A stretch of 63,744 nucleotides of DNA, counting the filler, from Octopus bimaculoides (Eukaryota), in the NCBI RefSeq assembly GCF_001194135.2. It is 10 parts of 9 records of this genome, joined end to end, with 100 filler letters (N's around TTAATTAATTAA, not from the genome) between each part and the next. Parts side by side here need not be neighbours in the genome. Positions count along the whole stretch, not along the records: positions 1 to 20,667 come from NC_068983.1; 9 more parts are not named here. The stretch is one strand, 5' to 3'. Shown here piece by piece: positions 1 to 15,465 of this stretch. Position numbers and translations under genes: made by a program. The notes below the pieces were generated by a model that ran no database searches, was not told the origin of the DNA, and worked only from the letters and a program-made list of their open reading frames with translations. Every line of letters starts with the position of its first letter. The stretch's first letter is position 1.

Positions 1-34
<34 letters not shown>

Positions 35-3000
35 TATATCATTAAAAGTGGAAAGTTATACATCTCTAATTAAAATTTCCCAACATATTAGGTTCCAACA
101 TGTGCTTCTGTTGAATGCATGTCAATTATATAGGTGTTTTCAGATCCTTTGATGAGATGGTTCTGCACAAAAGCTGTCACATCTAAGGACACTAAGACAC
201 TTATACAACAGAAACAGTTGGCATCGTATATGCTGGAAAATTTTAATTGAAGATGTATAATTCTCCATTCCTTATATGTCTTTCCAATATACTTTGGAAT
301 CTTATTTGAAATCCTTTAGAGCAAACTCAGGATTTTCCAGTTGAAATGAGTATGACTGTAATTGTTTATTCTTCATGATTCCTTATGTTTCTTGCTGTCT
401 GATATGGTTATCGAGGTCTGGCTTTCAACAAAGTATTCGTCAAATAAGAGTTTAAACACCCTCTTCCCCTGTGTGCATGTGCATGTAAGTTGTAATAATG
501 AATGATTTGGAGCAGCTTATTATATTTGACTTGGGGCAGTTTTGGGTACAGTGCACTGCTTCTTAGCATAACACAATGTATATATTTAATGTGTGTCTAT
601 GTGTATACCTAATTGCATACATGTATGTATGTGCACATGAACTGATGTGTTTATATGTGTAGAAATATATTGTGTATGTGATTGCATTTTTTACTTTTTG
701 CTGCATTTTATCTCCTCCCAAGACTTCTTTCTGTTTAATGGGCAGTCTATTTGAAAAATAAATATTTTTCACATGATCCTGCAATTTTAATTTTTAATTG
801 ATCATTCCTGGTAGAATTCTACTTTCACTCTGTATAAAGAAACAATTCCCCTGATTTGAAGTCATTTTGAAAAGTGCCAATCGTGAAACTCTCAGCCCCT
901 GAGTCACTTTTGTAACTTTTTACTCATTGAAAATAATATTAAAAAGATGTGTATGGGGTGTGTGTGTAGATCTTTACTCGGTTGTTTTTACTTTTGGCTA
1001 TCTAGTCAACAACTAAGATTCTCCCCTTTGTTCTAAACAGTCTCTGATCTTTTGGGGTATAAGCATTATGTATTCCCTATTCTTGTTCCCGAATTATACT
1101 TAAGTATATATCTACCAAACAATTTTTAAAAATAACTGTAGTAATCTCAACATACCTTCTCAACCTTATTTTGTTGATCCAACTGACTGCAATAGTTTCT
1201 TTTTAAAATAAAATTCCATAAATAAAAAAAAAATTTTTTTTAAATATTTTCAACCTTGTGAATTGTTTTTACTTTCATTTCTTTGAATTTTTTTTTTTCT
1301 CTTCTATAATATTTGTTTCACAATAAAGAAATAGTAATGTCTGAAGAATAATGCCTAGCTGTATAAAAAGGTCAGCGAAATGTTACCTTGATGGTTATTT
1401 TAAATTTGCTTTTAGCCTTCATGTAAACAAACATTCCTGATAAAATCTAGAAGGAAATGAGTAGTGCAATTTTAGAAACTATCAGGTAGTATTTCAAGAA
1501 GTTCTTTGGAGTAAGAAAGACAAAGCCTTTACTTCCATGTCAGTTGTAAATTGTTTGATGTAAATAACTTATTTATTGACCTCACTTGGATTACTCCAAT
1601 CTGTGGAGAGATAATGTTTTGTTAGATTTGGTTGTGAATATAGTTGTCTATTTTGACACGTCATTGATCACCCTTAAAAATTACCATATGTATTTTTGAT
1701 GTTTTTGTTTTTGGAAACAAAAAAAGTTTTTCAATTTTTAACTGACTGAAGCAATTTGAAACATTTCTGTAAAAACACTGTTATATTACAGTTTAAATCT
1801 TTGTCTACTTGTCGATGTGCTTATGTTGTCAAGGAAATACTAGCCAAAACCATTTTGTAGCCCCCTCCTTCCCACATCTGCTACAAGACTTCATACCTCT
1901 ATGACCATTTATTCCACCCAATGAAATGTTTTTAAAATGCTTATTTTTTTTTACAACTGTGTAAAAAAATAAATGTTTCAAAAAATCTTTTCCAACAGCC
2001 TTTATTTTTTTGTTTTTTTATCGGTCATCTTTTAAAATGACATTAAAAAAAAGAAATTGAGATGCACAACAAATACAACAGCCTCCCACCCCCTAAAAAA
2101 ACAAACAAACTGAAGTATCAAATTAATAGTAAGTGAATGCAAAATTCTGTTCATACATTTCTGATCTTTTGAGTCTTTTGGAGTGGGTTTATATAAAGAA
2201 ATAAAAAAGAGTCTTCAACTTTATTTGACTTCTGCCTTATTTTTATGTTGTAATATCTAAATTCTAGAAATATTTATTAATTGTGTCTCTTATTGAGATA
2301 AATGATGAAACCTATAGTTTTTTTTTATCTTGAACTTTAACATAAAGTGGCTTTTGACAAACACTTTGCTTAACATTATTTTCTTTGTTCTTATGTGATT
2401 TTTTCTCTCCATAATAATGTATTAGCTTTGTCATGTTGATAGCCACCCACATTATGCTCCTACACAAAAATTTACTATCTGATTTTCGAAAGTTTGCTTA
2501 ATAAAATCAAGCTGAAATGTTTTTGCAATGAGAAGAATCTGGAAATTCATTTCTTTTAGTTGGCTTCTTAGAATTTTTTCAAAATCTTTCAGTTGCATAA
2601 AATACTTGAAAACACATAATTTGCTAAACTTTAAACAACTGGTCATCGGTAACTTAATTTTCTTTGGTAGTGTTGCCATAAAATCTTTTATGAGATAATA
2701 GAAAGTCTGTCTTATCAGTGTTTTGAAGTGTGTGTTTGTGTGTGTGTTTTCACTCACTATTATTATTATTATTATTTTTTTTTTATTTTATTGTAATTAT
2801 AAACTAAAATTGTTATCTGTATAATGAACAGTCTATCATGATCCCATGATAGGTTTAGGTGAAATATGCTATGAAAGTAATTTAAGGAGTTTTTTCAGAA
2901 GACTGACTGTAATATTCAATTACTTTATACTATTTATGCTAATATATTAGTAATTCTTAAATTATTATTTCTGAATAATAGAAACTGTATTGATCTGTTT

Positions 3001-6000
3001 CAGATTATACTGGGACTAATTTTGTGATGTAACTGGTTATTTCTTCTCTTTGAAAAAATAAACAGATGTAAAAGAAATTATTCAATACCTCAACTTTATT
3101 TTGAAAATGGTATTGCAGTTTCTTTTTTTATATTTAATATCACCCTTAATTACTTATAGGTAACATGTATAATTAAAAAAAAATTAAGATAATGTATTGA
3201 AATCATGCAATAAAGCTATGGTGTCAAATAGGCTACTGATGATCCTTGTCAAGAAAAGTTGCTAAAGAAAATTCATAAGCTGGGAAGTTATAAAACTTCC
3301 AATGAGTTGCAATTAGGTACTTTAAAAAAAAAATGATTGATGTTGAATAATCATGAGCTCTGTTATTTCACTCCTGGATTATCCTTCATTATCCAGATCA
3401 CTCAACACAAACAAGAAATTGAAGTAGTCAACCTCCTTTTCTCCTTAAAATGTTTTGATTTCTGCTGACAAGCATGAATAAGCAAGTTTATCATTATCTT
3501 GCTGATTACATCATGCAATATATTTCTTTTACTGCATTTTGACTGACAACCATTTGGAACATTTTTAATCTATGAATAACCCATAATCTCTGATGGCCTA
3601 CTTATATGCTATGGGATATCAGTGAGGGTTCATTTAGAGATAGTCTTTTATATCTTTTTAGTAATGCCTTGTGATGACCTGGGTACAACATGCCTTAATG
3701 CCGATAGCATTAACCACAATAGAATAACAGAATATTGTTTTATGGATGGGCAATCATAATAATCTGCCCTGAATACTGTGAAATTGCTTAGTTGGCAGAC
3801 ATTAAATTGCAGCACAATATCAACAATATTCAAACTTATGATGTTTTCAACTTAATAGCTCTCAGTTACATTTGTCTGAAGTTATAAACTGAAAGCTTTT
3901 ATAATATTCAATCATCTACTCTAATTCTACTGTTTACAATTGTATTTATGGTTTTGGTTCATCTAAAACAATTCGTAGGACACTGACTCTTTAGTGTAGC
4001 TGCCTATACAATACAATGATGAAAGAAAATATTTAAAATGATTATTTATATTGATTTAGTTTGTGGTGATTTTGAGAGAATATTTTCTAGATCTATAAAG
4101 AAATATTCTCATGGGTTTATTCACAAATGAATTGTCCAATACAAATAAGATATTCCAGCTAAGCAATAGTACTGCTAGCTATTCACACTCTTCATCTAAA
4201 TATCTTTCTTATTTATTGTTTTCAATTACTAAGTATTTTGTGTTTTAGATATTTCATCTGACCTTATTTCTTCCCAACTAGAATTCTCTCGTGTTACACT
4301 TGACTCTCTTAATTTCCTTGTGTTTGTAATTGTTATGTATGCACACAAAGTGTTATCATTTTGATTAAATATTTTGACTTAGTGTAAACTGGACATCTTA
4401 TTAGATTTTCCAGTGAAGGCATAATTAGTTATTGATTTTCTCTTTTTGCACAAGTATTCACAACTGTCACCAAGTCCTGAAATGCATATAACTGCAATTC
4501 AAAATGTGTGGTTGTTTGGGTTTGAAAAACAGAACTTAACCACTCTTCTGTGTGAGAAACAAAGTTTAGTTTCATTTTAGATAGAGCTTCCAGTCAAAAA
4601 ACTCTGTTTGCACCATATGCATTTAATATCTAAGTGAATTTTTTTCTTTTATTTCATGTACCATAGCAGCTGAAACCTCAAACGATGAGCTAGAATTTGG
4701 TGATATTATCTATTATTAATTTAATTAGAGAAAGATAACTTAGACTTGGAAAAAAGCAACCAGAGTGACATTTCAGTATCATCTGTATACAACTGTGTGG
4801 AAGTATTAATTGGGCTTTTCAGTTCTGAACAGGAGTGGAGTGATCACATAGTTGATCATAGTATTGATGTTTTCATTAGTTAATGATAAGGATATTAAGA
4901 TAAAAAATTAGTTTACTGATATATTTTACATGTAGAGCCTCAGCATACTGGTTGATGTCTGAAAACACTAATTTATTAGTCATATAGGCCTTACAAATCT
5001 TTGAATGGAGGATATCCAGGTGTATAACTGCCAGTGTTCTCATTAAGGTTTTTAAAGATTGTATATTAGAAATGTTCATATTAGGGTTATTATGTAAAAG
5101 GGTTGTTTGATTGCTATAGACTTCTTAAAAGTATTTTCATTCCTTTTTTTTTATGTAATGATTTATTTTTATGTTGGTTTATAAATATATTTTTAGTTCA
5201 TGTAACTCAGATGCAAACATGTTTTCAATTAATTTAGCTAATTCTATTATGCTTGGTTAATAATTCTCTCATTATTATACAGTTTATTTAATTTAGATTA
5301 TTTCAAAGGTTTTATTTCTGCTCCCCACCCCTTCATGCTATCCACATGAACTTGTAAGGTGGATAAATTTGTTGTTGAGTCGATACCTTATGTTGGATTG
5401 TTTTTGATCATTGAAAGCTATCAGATGTTGTTGCAAAACTCATTTAATTGTTTGGGCATGATATTTTATTTATTTTACTTATATTTTCATCTGGAAAAAA
5501 TCTAATGAGGAACATGATGTCTGCTCCTATTCAGCTGTGTCATTGGTCTGTTGATATATTCAGTTCTCCCTTATCCCCTCACACTTTTCATGCAGGTCTA
5601 AAGAAAAACATCCAAGAGATGGTTGCTCCAATTCAGAGAAATAACAAATTGCGACTATGTCCAGTAACTGGTAAGTGTTACTAGAACTTTCCACAGGCCT
5701 GACTTTGACATACCACAATTTTAGTCTCACTACTAATTTGTTTTGTTAGTGTGTTCATCACCGAGTCTTAATTTGTTACTTGCACCTCAGCTTGTCTTTT
5801 GATTTGGTTAAAAATATAATGGATTAATTATTTCAACTCACTAAATTATCCCAGATAGGTGAGAGTTAAATGAAAGAATTAAACTTTGTTTATATAAAGC
5901 ACACAAACTTATGGAACTAAAATACTTTATTTTAAAAACTTGTTTGAAATTCTTAAGTGTGTCAGTTTTTGATAAGTCTCAGTGTAACTCTTCAGAGAAC

Positions 6001-6378
6001 TGCACTTATTCTTTGGTGAAAACTTGGATTATAATTATTTTAACATCAACATATATATATATATATTTATAAATGCTATGCAATCAGATGTCAACTGTAA
6101 AAAGAGGTTTTCCTTTTAGCTTTAGTTAGAAATAACATTACTCCACCAAAATAGTAATGAACAACTTCTTTTGATTTTACAATATAACTACACGTTTGCT
6201 GCATGTCAATTTATTAAAAAGATTTTGATAATGTTTATTTTGAAAGTTTAAATAATTTCTTGGAAAAATGTTATCAATCATATCATTGAATAATTCTATA
6301 TTTTAGTGCATGTTCACACCTCTTAGAATTAATATCAATCGGTAAATGTATGTGTGTGTGTATGTCAGACACACGCAC

Positions 6379-6426
<48 letters not shown>

Positions 6427-9400
6427 TCTGATGATATTATGTGGTAAAAGCATGTTATTTAGTTTAAAGTTATTGTTGAATCCTTTGTTTACATTACCAA
6501 TTAGATGAGTATCATTCATAAATACTGATAAGGACTGATGAAATAAAAGCTTTTATCTTTAGATTTCTTTTTCTCTTTACTTAGACATAGAAACACCATT
6601 AAATATAATCCTTCATTTGATCATGCATCTAATTATAACTGTTCTTATTTACACTTTGCAAGTTTTGTAGAAGCTGAAGGTAACGGAAAATCAAGAAAAA
6701 CAAACATGAACACTTATTGAAGCAGCTACAACTGAGCTGCATCTCTCAATCATGTGTCAGGAATAACTTCCCACATTAACTTTGGTAGATCATCAGCTTC
6801 ATGATATGTATCTCTGCCAATAACATTAATGTAGTTGAGTTTATCCTCAAAAAAGATGTGAAAGTCATCAAAATGTAACATCTGCTATGGCCAGTTGGTA
6901 ATTTTATAGTGGTGCTAATAAAGTCTACCTACATCAAGCAATGACATTAAAGATGGAGGGAATGTATCCACGACTACCCTGTGTGGTCTTGTGCTTTTAA
7001 GCAAATGTTTTTAGCCCTCAGGTAAAGACTGGTGTGTGATCCAACAAGGTGAACTTGCAGCTTCAAATTTTGGCTCCACAGAGGAGAATGCTTCAGGGTA
7101 TATATATATATATTTATATATATATATATACACACATGCGTTGAAGAAGCCAGGATTTGTTGACTTTGAAACACTCAGTTGCCATATATTTTTAAGCTTG
7201 TTGCAAGCACTGCATGTAGCATTATTTATACATTGGGCAATGAGGATGGCTTTACATGGTTGTTTAACCTGTTAGGTATAACAACCTTCAAACTATTTCC
7301 TTCAAACTACATCTTGCCATCCTAATAAAAGGATACATTGGATTAAATAGCCTAGAGTATGCTTTAGCAGAGAAGGCAGGATGATCATGGTTGGGATGCC
7401 TTTGAGGTTAACTTTTGACTCTCTACTCATTCCAAGAATATTCACTTCTGATAACTAACGTATTTGAAACTTGATGACACTGACACTTTTAAAACTAAGT
7501 TACTCAAAGAGTAGAACTATGATTATTGGAATATATAAGTAGTATACTCCCATGCAAACTTCCTTTTTTCATTAGTGGAAAAAGCTAGTGTTAGGAGGCA
7601 TGCGAATATGCATGCATACATATATACACATACACCAAAATAAAATGCTTTGTAGTGAAAAGTAAGGTGAAGAGTTTTGTTTTCATTTAATATATTGTGG
7701 TTATATGCTTAGCAAGACTTATTCCGTTTTAGACTATTGAATATTTATTTGTAGGTACCAAAGAAGAAATGAAATGATTAAACTTACAAATACCATTGTT
7801 TTAGTTTTCAAGGAGGTTGCTGTAGATGTACCATCATTAACAATGATAATAATAATAATCTACAAATTATTCTATATCTAGATAATAGGAATTGTATTTA
7901 AGTCTAGAATATCTGAAGTTTAGTTAATGCTGTAAACAACAATAGTAAGCAAAACATAGAAATATTTCTGAAAAGCAAATAATAAAATCTCTCTACATTC
8001 CAAATGTTCTTTATATTAAGTAAATGAAAATTAAATAAAGAAATGACACATAAATCACAAAGCGAACTGTTTATATTATGTTCTTGGTTGCTTCGTTTTA
8101 TAAACTGTTTTTTTTTTTTTGTCTTTCTTAACTTGATATAAAGACATCTGTACTAAGTTTGAGAATTTTAAGTTGAGGATGATTTGCATGTTACCAAAGG
8201 TGCTATTTTGTGGTTTAAATTGCATGTTTTCATTGTGTGGTTTGGCAATCTTCATATACATGGCATACATGTCTTTTAGTGAATAATCCAATTGTTTTCT
8301 GTGTATATTTTATACTGTGCTATCTTATTATATATAGATTTATTGTTGATGGAATTGAAGAAACAAAAAAAAAAATTAATCTTTAAATCTTTGACAGAAA
8401 TATTTCTCATATCTGATCTGCTTTAACAAATGCTTGCTGTTCAGTGTTGTAAAATATTGCTTACATTTCTACTCAAAGAAAGTAAAAACAAAACAAGTAT
8501 AACTGATTGTGCACTCTTACTTTCTGTTCTAGTTATATATATACCACAGTAAGATCACTATCATACTTTCTTTATCGTCTCACAGCAAAACATCATATGA
8601 ATTTTGAAGTACAAAACTATTAGCAAAAGTAAAAAATTATTAATTAATTCTTCATCGAATATTAATAGTGTAGAATAGATAAGCTTTCAAAAGAAGTGCA
8701 TGTGCGTGCACACACACACACACACACTGAATAATAGGTCAGTGGAGTTATGTATGATTGACTTTGAAGTGTAAATGAAGCCATATCAAAATAACAAGCA
8801 GCTGTCAACTGGAAACCTCGTTCGGGGATCTAAGTTTTAATGCTAAATCTGTTGGCACTTTTGACACTTCACCAGACAGGCTGATCTATTTTGCCATTGA
8901 TAAACTGGGTAAGGCAAGGGGAACTGGGTGAATTAAGAGTCAGGAATATATACATATCTTTAACAATTAGAGATATTAAATATCTGTCTATATGTGTCCC
9001 GCTTCTTCCTGCAGGTACAGTAGGGTTCTGTTTTCTAATGAAGTATACTTTTATAATCTGGAAGTTAATAGTATCCATCTATGTGTCTCATTAAGATGTA
9101 TTTCTTGATGTGTCCTCAGCATGATAAATATTTGCTGTAATACTGTATTGGCAGATGTTACTCTGTAACAGTGTTTTGTTTTTCTAATTGTAACTGCTAT
9201 TTAGATGATCCAATTTATAGGTTTTCCTCCTCAGAAGAGCAAAGTGTGCTTATATCCTAAGATACTACCTGTTCCGTAGCTGACACTATAACTCACAAGA
9301 AATCTACCACATTAGCTACTGTTCAGTAAGATCAAAGAGAGCCACTAGATAGTGTTAGCTACTGTATTTAGAAACCTATGTGATTTAGAAACTGTCCTGC

Positions 9401-11068
9401 CACTGCAGAAGTTACTCATAGCAGAACGCTTTTACAAAACATCATCACCCATCACAGATTAACATACCAAAGATATTTAAAAATACATACATCTTAGCAA
9501 GTGACACAGCTGCTGCAAGCCTTGGCATTGTGGAAGTGCACTTGATTAGATAGTAGAACCCTAATTTGAACCATAAGGGAGAGCTACATGTATGGAAATG
9601 CATATGAAATATCTTTGAACAGTAAAAGCATGAAAATTACCTGATTTCTTTCTTTCCTACTCCACTCTGTCAAATTTATTGATGAAAACACAGATCATTC
9701 CATCTGATGAAGTAGTATGTAATCAAAATTGCTCAGACTTAGCATCGAAACTTAAACTAGCAAATAGGCCTTTAGTCAACAATTTGCTTTTGTCACTTTC
9801 ATATAATATTATTTTGCTATTTTATTTTGTCACTTTATTGTAAATTGCACATAACTGCACTGACCTTCAGCTACAGTACAAATCTTATATATACATTATT
9901 GTTATTATTATTAATTCTTATAAAAACCACAAAAAGGTTTTGAAATACAGCTACCCAGGGTTTCCTGGCCAAGATATTAATTTATTTCTCCATTTCTCAA
10001 GCTGTTAAAAACAACAAGATGGTTAAGTAACTAAATTGCTGGACAGAGATCAAGTGTTATAGTGGATCAGTGGAAGGAAAATTTATATCTAGATACAACA
10101 ACCATCTTTCAACCATCAGACACCCTGAAAAAAGACTTCCAATAACTCTCTTGGCATCAATCTTAAAATTTAAAGATGTGAACTGTCAGCTAAAACATCA
10201 GATAGGAGATGCATTCTAAGACCAAACTCTATATTTATAAGTCAAAAGGATGTTTTATATGTTTGCTTGAAAAACTGTCTTAAAAAAAAAAAAACCTAAG
10301 AAGCTCCATTGATTCTCTATGTCCACACTTTAAGAAATTTGTCTTATAAGGAATTAGAGATAAATCAGCAGATACATCATAAACCATTCCAGTGTTGGTT
10401 TATGTAATTTTGATATTTGGAACACACTGCTTATATTTACTCTGAAGTTGATCATCTCCCCTGTGTTTCTCTCTGTCTTTTTCTAAATGTGTGCCCTCAT
10501 CCAAACAACAGTTACATCAAATGCAGTTACTAAAGCATCTTGTTGTTTTTAACAACTTGATAAATGGCAGAATATATTAATAGTTCAGTCATGAGACCCT
10601 GGGTGACTGTATTCCACAGGGCCTTTTGTAGTTTTTAGTATAATGATATCTTTACTCTCTTAACTGATTGAGTACTAAACTACTTTTTGAAAATCTAACC
10701 ACACACACACAAGGTGAAACACTAATTTCAAAGACGTACAAAACTCTAATCTCCTTCCAAGTAGGATCCTCTCACTTCAATACACTTATAGTGCTCCAAC
10801 CACTTCACAAAGGCCCCCATGGAAGTCTTTCGAAGTGTCTTCTTGCTGAACACTCATACATTGTCTTCAATGGGAGAGTCCATCATATGCACACATATGT
10901 ATATAAATACATGTATACATTATATATATAAATACATATCAATTTTAAGTTTATCTCTACAGATTTTGTATAGAAACTAAAGCCAGCACTGAAAGTTCTG
11001 ATGTTTTATCTCTGAATACATCCATGTAAACAATGCTGAATACATCCATGTAAACAATGCTGAAGTTG

Positions 11069-11339
11069 TTGCTCCTTCAGCACCACATTCAATTCATTAA
11101 CTATCCACAAACACATTGCTTAACACCCACCAAGTTTAGCAGTGTAACACTATTGGATTGTCCACGTTATGTATTAAACACATTCCTGGTAACTGGTACA
11201 TACATATCATCAGGAATGTGTTTAATATGTAAATTGCTCTATCCAATAGTGTTGCACCACAAAACTTAGTGGGTATTTAAGCAAGGTGTTCATGGATTCA
11301 TGACTAGTTAATTGGTTGGATGTAGTGCTAAAGGAGCAA
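11069..11339. repeat. Old imperfect palindrome, about 125-bp arms, 22-nt loop
   Basis: Inner arms TATTAAACACATTCCTG / CAGGAATGTGTTTAATA; outer TTGCTCC / GGAGCAA. Confidence 0.8.
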
Positions 11340-11621
11340 TAAGAACTCTTGAAATATGCACACACACTCCTTACCTATTTTTTTTTATCTTTGATCGCAT
11401 TGTTTACATAGAAGTATTCAGATACAAAACGTCAGAACTTACAGTGCTGGCTCTAAATTCTATAGAAAATATGTAGAGATAAACTTACAAGTGATTGTAT
11501 CACACTGCTAACACAAAAACTAGGACACAATATTTTCTTATAAACCTTTTATATACTCGGTAGTATATAATGGATGCAAAACAAAATACAGTGTCACTTT
11601 AAGCAATTAATAAATACACAC

Positions 11622-11686
<65 letters not shown>

Positions 11687-12225
11687 TACATGTGTGTGTG
11701 TATAAGCACATATACACACTTTATAATCTATCTAAATTCATTTTAAATTTCATCACTTATTCAATTGTTTCTGAGGCAGCTTTCACATAATTCCAGCTGC
11801 AACAATGAAAACAGAAGTGTAACAATTCCATCCACAAGAAGTGTCTCTATATTGAAATATCAGTTCTTAAGCTAATGGCAATAATACTGAGTGTTTTCTG
11901 ATTATTTGGGTCTAAACAGATGTTACATTAAATAATTTTCAAATCTTTAAAGATCTATGTCGGCTTCACAAATCATAGGGATACGTAGAAGCTCTTCAGG
12001 TATTAATGAAATGATAGCCATTTCATTAACTTTATAAAGATGTTACTAATTTTAATATTTTTATTCAATTAATATTGAAGTGCACCAATTTGCACATTTA
12101 ATATATTAACTAATGGTCTAAATGCATTCCTACAAGCTATGCAGTGGAAACCCAGTAGGTTAAAAAGCTTATTTCATTTTTCTTGTTACTGTTGTATTTC
12201 CAGCATGATTTCTTTAAAATGTTCA

Positions 12226-12261
<36 letters not shown>

Positions 12262-12829
12262 GCACACACACACAAGCACATACATATATATGCACATACA
12301 CGGTAACATGTAATGAATGCAATATTGCCACAAATAGATGAATAGATGTAGTAAGTGGTCTTTATAGCATCTTTTTGTGAAGTTAAAAGAAAAAAGTGTA
12401 ATTACATCTGATAAGAAGCTTCAGTTAGTGTGTGTGTATGTATATATATATATATATATGAATGCATTCATGAATGTGTTTATGAAAGGAGGTGTGTATG
12501 TGCGTATATACATAAACAGTTGTGTCTAACATATGTAATACAGTGAGTTGAACACTTTAATTAACTGAAAATATCTTTGATGAGGATTCCATTGCAGATG
12601 GGGAAATCTCAAAATATCATAGAAATCAGGTGATATACTCCCATAGAAAATTTTAGAAAATAAAGAGAATGTATATAGAGATGGGCCTCATTTTTAAAAC
12701 CAACTAGTGAAAATAACTGTCATTGTTATATCTGATAAGAGAAGCATATCCACTTCAGCTAAATTTTAAAATGCTTAAATATATATTGATGCAGAAGTAG
12801 TGATTCTGATTGTCGGTAACAATGATAAG

Positions 12830-13590
12830 ACTGGGAAATAAACCTCAAGGGAGTGTTCTGAAAACTTTCCATTATCTCTACATGTGTGTATGAAAAAGGA
12901 GTTCACTTTCTAATCATGTAGATGTGGGCTCGGTCCTACTGCATGGTACCTTGGGTCAATGTGTACATTGAGCATACTGGAAATAGATTGTCTTAAATGC
13001 TCAGATAGCTGTTGTTATTAATAGCTTCTGTTACCTAGGAGACATAGGGGGAGTATAGTAACCAGTGTAAAGATAGATTGGAAAAGTTCAGGAAGTCATA
13101 TTTACTGTTGGCAACAAAATCTTTTCCCTCAGAGTAAAGGGCAGATTGTATGATTTTTGTGTCAGAACTGTGATACTTCATTGTAGTGAGACAAGCCTTG
13201 ACTGCAGAAAGTTTGCAAAGACTACAAAGAAATGAAGGTAATATGCTTTGGTGATGTTAATGTATATGAGTACCAAAGTACAGATGAACTAAGATAAAAG
13301 TAGGGTATAAGAGGGACCAGGTGTAATAAACAAGAGAAGTGGCTGCGCTGGTATGGGCATGTGATGCATATGAAGGATGACTGCTGTGTACAGAAGTGTT
13401 TAGCACTTGGAGTTGTGGAACATGTGGAAGATGGAATTCAAAGAAAACTTGGGGACAAACTGGTAAAGACCAATCTGAAGATGTTGCATCTTCAGATTGG
13501 TCTTGTAAGACCAGATTCCTCTTGTAAGAAATGACAAAACCATGCTGACTGGCAATAAACTATGCCATAGAATACCCTTCTAATCATGGC
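12830..13590 (+). mobile_element. RTE-clade LINE fragment (RT C-terminal half), degraded
   Basis: Interrupted translation ..NSFCYLGD..RVKGRLYD..LQRLQRNEG..EKWLRWYGHVMHM. Confidence 0.8.
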
Positions 13591-14905
13591 AAAATGCATC
13601 CTAAAGTAAGTGGAGTGATTATGTGCTGTAACATATATCTGTGTGTGTGTATGAATATACGTATATGTGCATGTACTATATATGAGTATTGCTCTCCACC
13701 AATGTCATGTGACAGCCCATCACTTACAGTACACTGTCTCTTCTCCTGAGTTACCTCTATTGCCATCGTCTTACCTTCGTCCCCTCCCCGTCTTTACATA
13801 TCTAGGATGATTTCTAGCCTTTCTTTCCCTCGCTTTCCCTACTCACTATTTACTCCTATTTCATTCTCCCTACATCTTTTTCACTGCCTCCCTGCCTGCA
13901 TTGCTTTTGTGGTATTCACATTCTGCTTATCCTCTTCTTACTACCTCTATACTACCTTCTTTTGTCTACCTCTTATCTCTCACCCTCTTTTTTCTCTCCA
14001 ACATTTCCTCTGCCTCAACACCACTTCTCATTTTTTTCCCACTGACCCCACCCCACATTTTGCTTTCCTTTAAGGGCTCTCTTAGGATATCTTTCCACCC
14101 TAGTCTGTTGTTCCTTCCCATCACAACTTCTATCATTACTCACCCCTTATAATGCTGTCCTCTTTGTCACTTTATGGACAGGAAATATATATGGCATGTG
14201 TATATATATATGTGTGTAGTGTATGTATATGCACACACACATCCAGGTGTGTATATGTGTCGTAGCTATCTATCTACATGTGTATGTGTATACATATGTG
14301 TAGATATGTGCATACACATATCTATTTCTATAAATGGGTAGATATTTGGGTGTATGATTTATTTAAATTATAACTGTTTTTCTAGTTTTAACTATTTGTA
14401 TTAGTTTTTCATTGTTTTGTTTGAGTCTTTGTTTTTGAGTCTTTGAGTCATTGTTTTTGCTCTCATAGTTAATTGCATCCAAGTTTAATAGTCTATATTA
14501 GTGGGGATCTCCATATATGTTGTCCACTGTCTTCCTACCTAGTTTTGTTTTGTGTTGTACAGCATGAATTATTGCAATTGCTTATTGTTGTAAATGCATA
14601 GGAAGCCTATGGGTATTGTATTTTAACAATATAATTTACAAATCACACTGGTCATTTGTAACTTGCTCATAAGTTTACACATTTGTAGTTTGTTGTTGGC
14701 AAGGTGTCTTTATTTTAGTGTATTTGTAGTATATTGTCACTGTTTGTTAGTTGTCATAATACATTGTCTCTTTGTCTTGCTTTTATGAGATTCTAAGTGC
14801 TTTCTTCTGTTCTGTAGCATTTAAACCACACACTATGCATTGTGATGTTTTGAATGCATTGTATCTAAGCAAATGGCAGCCCCCCCCCATACATTAGAGT
14901 GTATA

Positions 14906-14953
<48 letters not shown>

Positions 14954-14983
14954 ATCTACACACAAGCATTGTGGGTATGCTTA

Positions 14984-15307
14984 GGCATAGCTGTGATTAA
15001 GAAGTTTGGGTCATAACCATGTGCATTTTGGTTCAGTACCACTTCATAGCACCTTGGACAAGTGTTTTCTGCAATAGTCTTAGGCCAGCCATATACATAC
15101 ATACATGCACCTCCCCACACCACCACATCTATTAATTTATTTACACAGGTGCATACACATGTAAACAGTTTCTGTCTACCAAATTCACTCAGAAGTTACT
15201 GGTTGGCTTGAGGCTTAACTAGAAGACACTTGCACAAGGTAGTGGCATGCATTGGGACTGAATCTTACACCATGTGGCTGCAAAACAAAATTCTTGACTA
15301 CAGAGCC
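14984..15307. mobile_element. Two degenerate family A SINEs in opposite orientation (+ 14984-15090, - 15160-15307)
   Basis: Head and body motifs recognisable on opposite strands. Confidence 0.55.
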
Positions 15308-15319
15308 GGAGGAAGTAGG

Positions 15320-15465
15320 CTTTGTATGTGGGAGATGTGCAAGAACAATAAGCACTAAAGTTGTATGGGAAACAGATCTTCTTAAATGCTCTGGAGGATC
15401 CTTTGAAGTGATAGATAGTGTCTGTTATGCAATTGACCTAATTAGCCACAAAAGGTCCCTCTTTC
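15320..15465 (+). mobile_element. RTE-clade LINE fragment
   Basis: FVCGRCARTI...FEVIDSVCY, same family region as 12830-13100. Confidence 0.6.

Noticed and set aside
1-10000. Exon-like pieces: minus 1446-1387 (ILSGMFVYMKAKSKFKITIK) and 1600-1586; plus about 3231-3317, 5596-5670 and 8790-8908; minus ORF 2452..2757; minus about 6760-6880 (FDDFHIFFEDKLN...)
   Set aside because: Individual splice signals exist, but I could not build a phase-consistent model with a recognisable protein; neighbouring frames are stop-riddled. May be decayed TEs or chance; needs RNA-seq or BLASTX.
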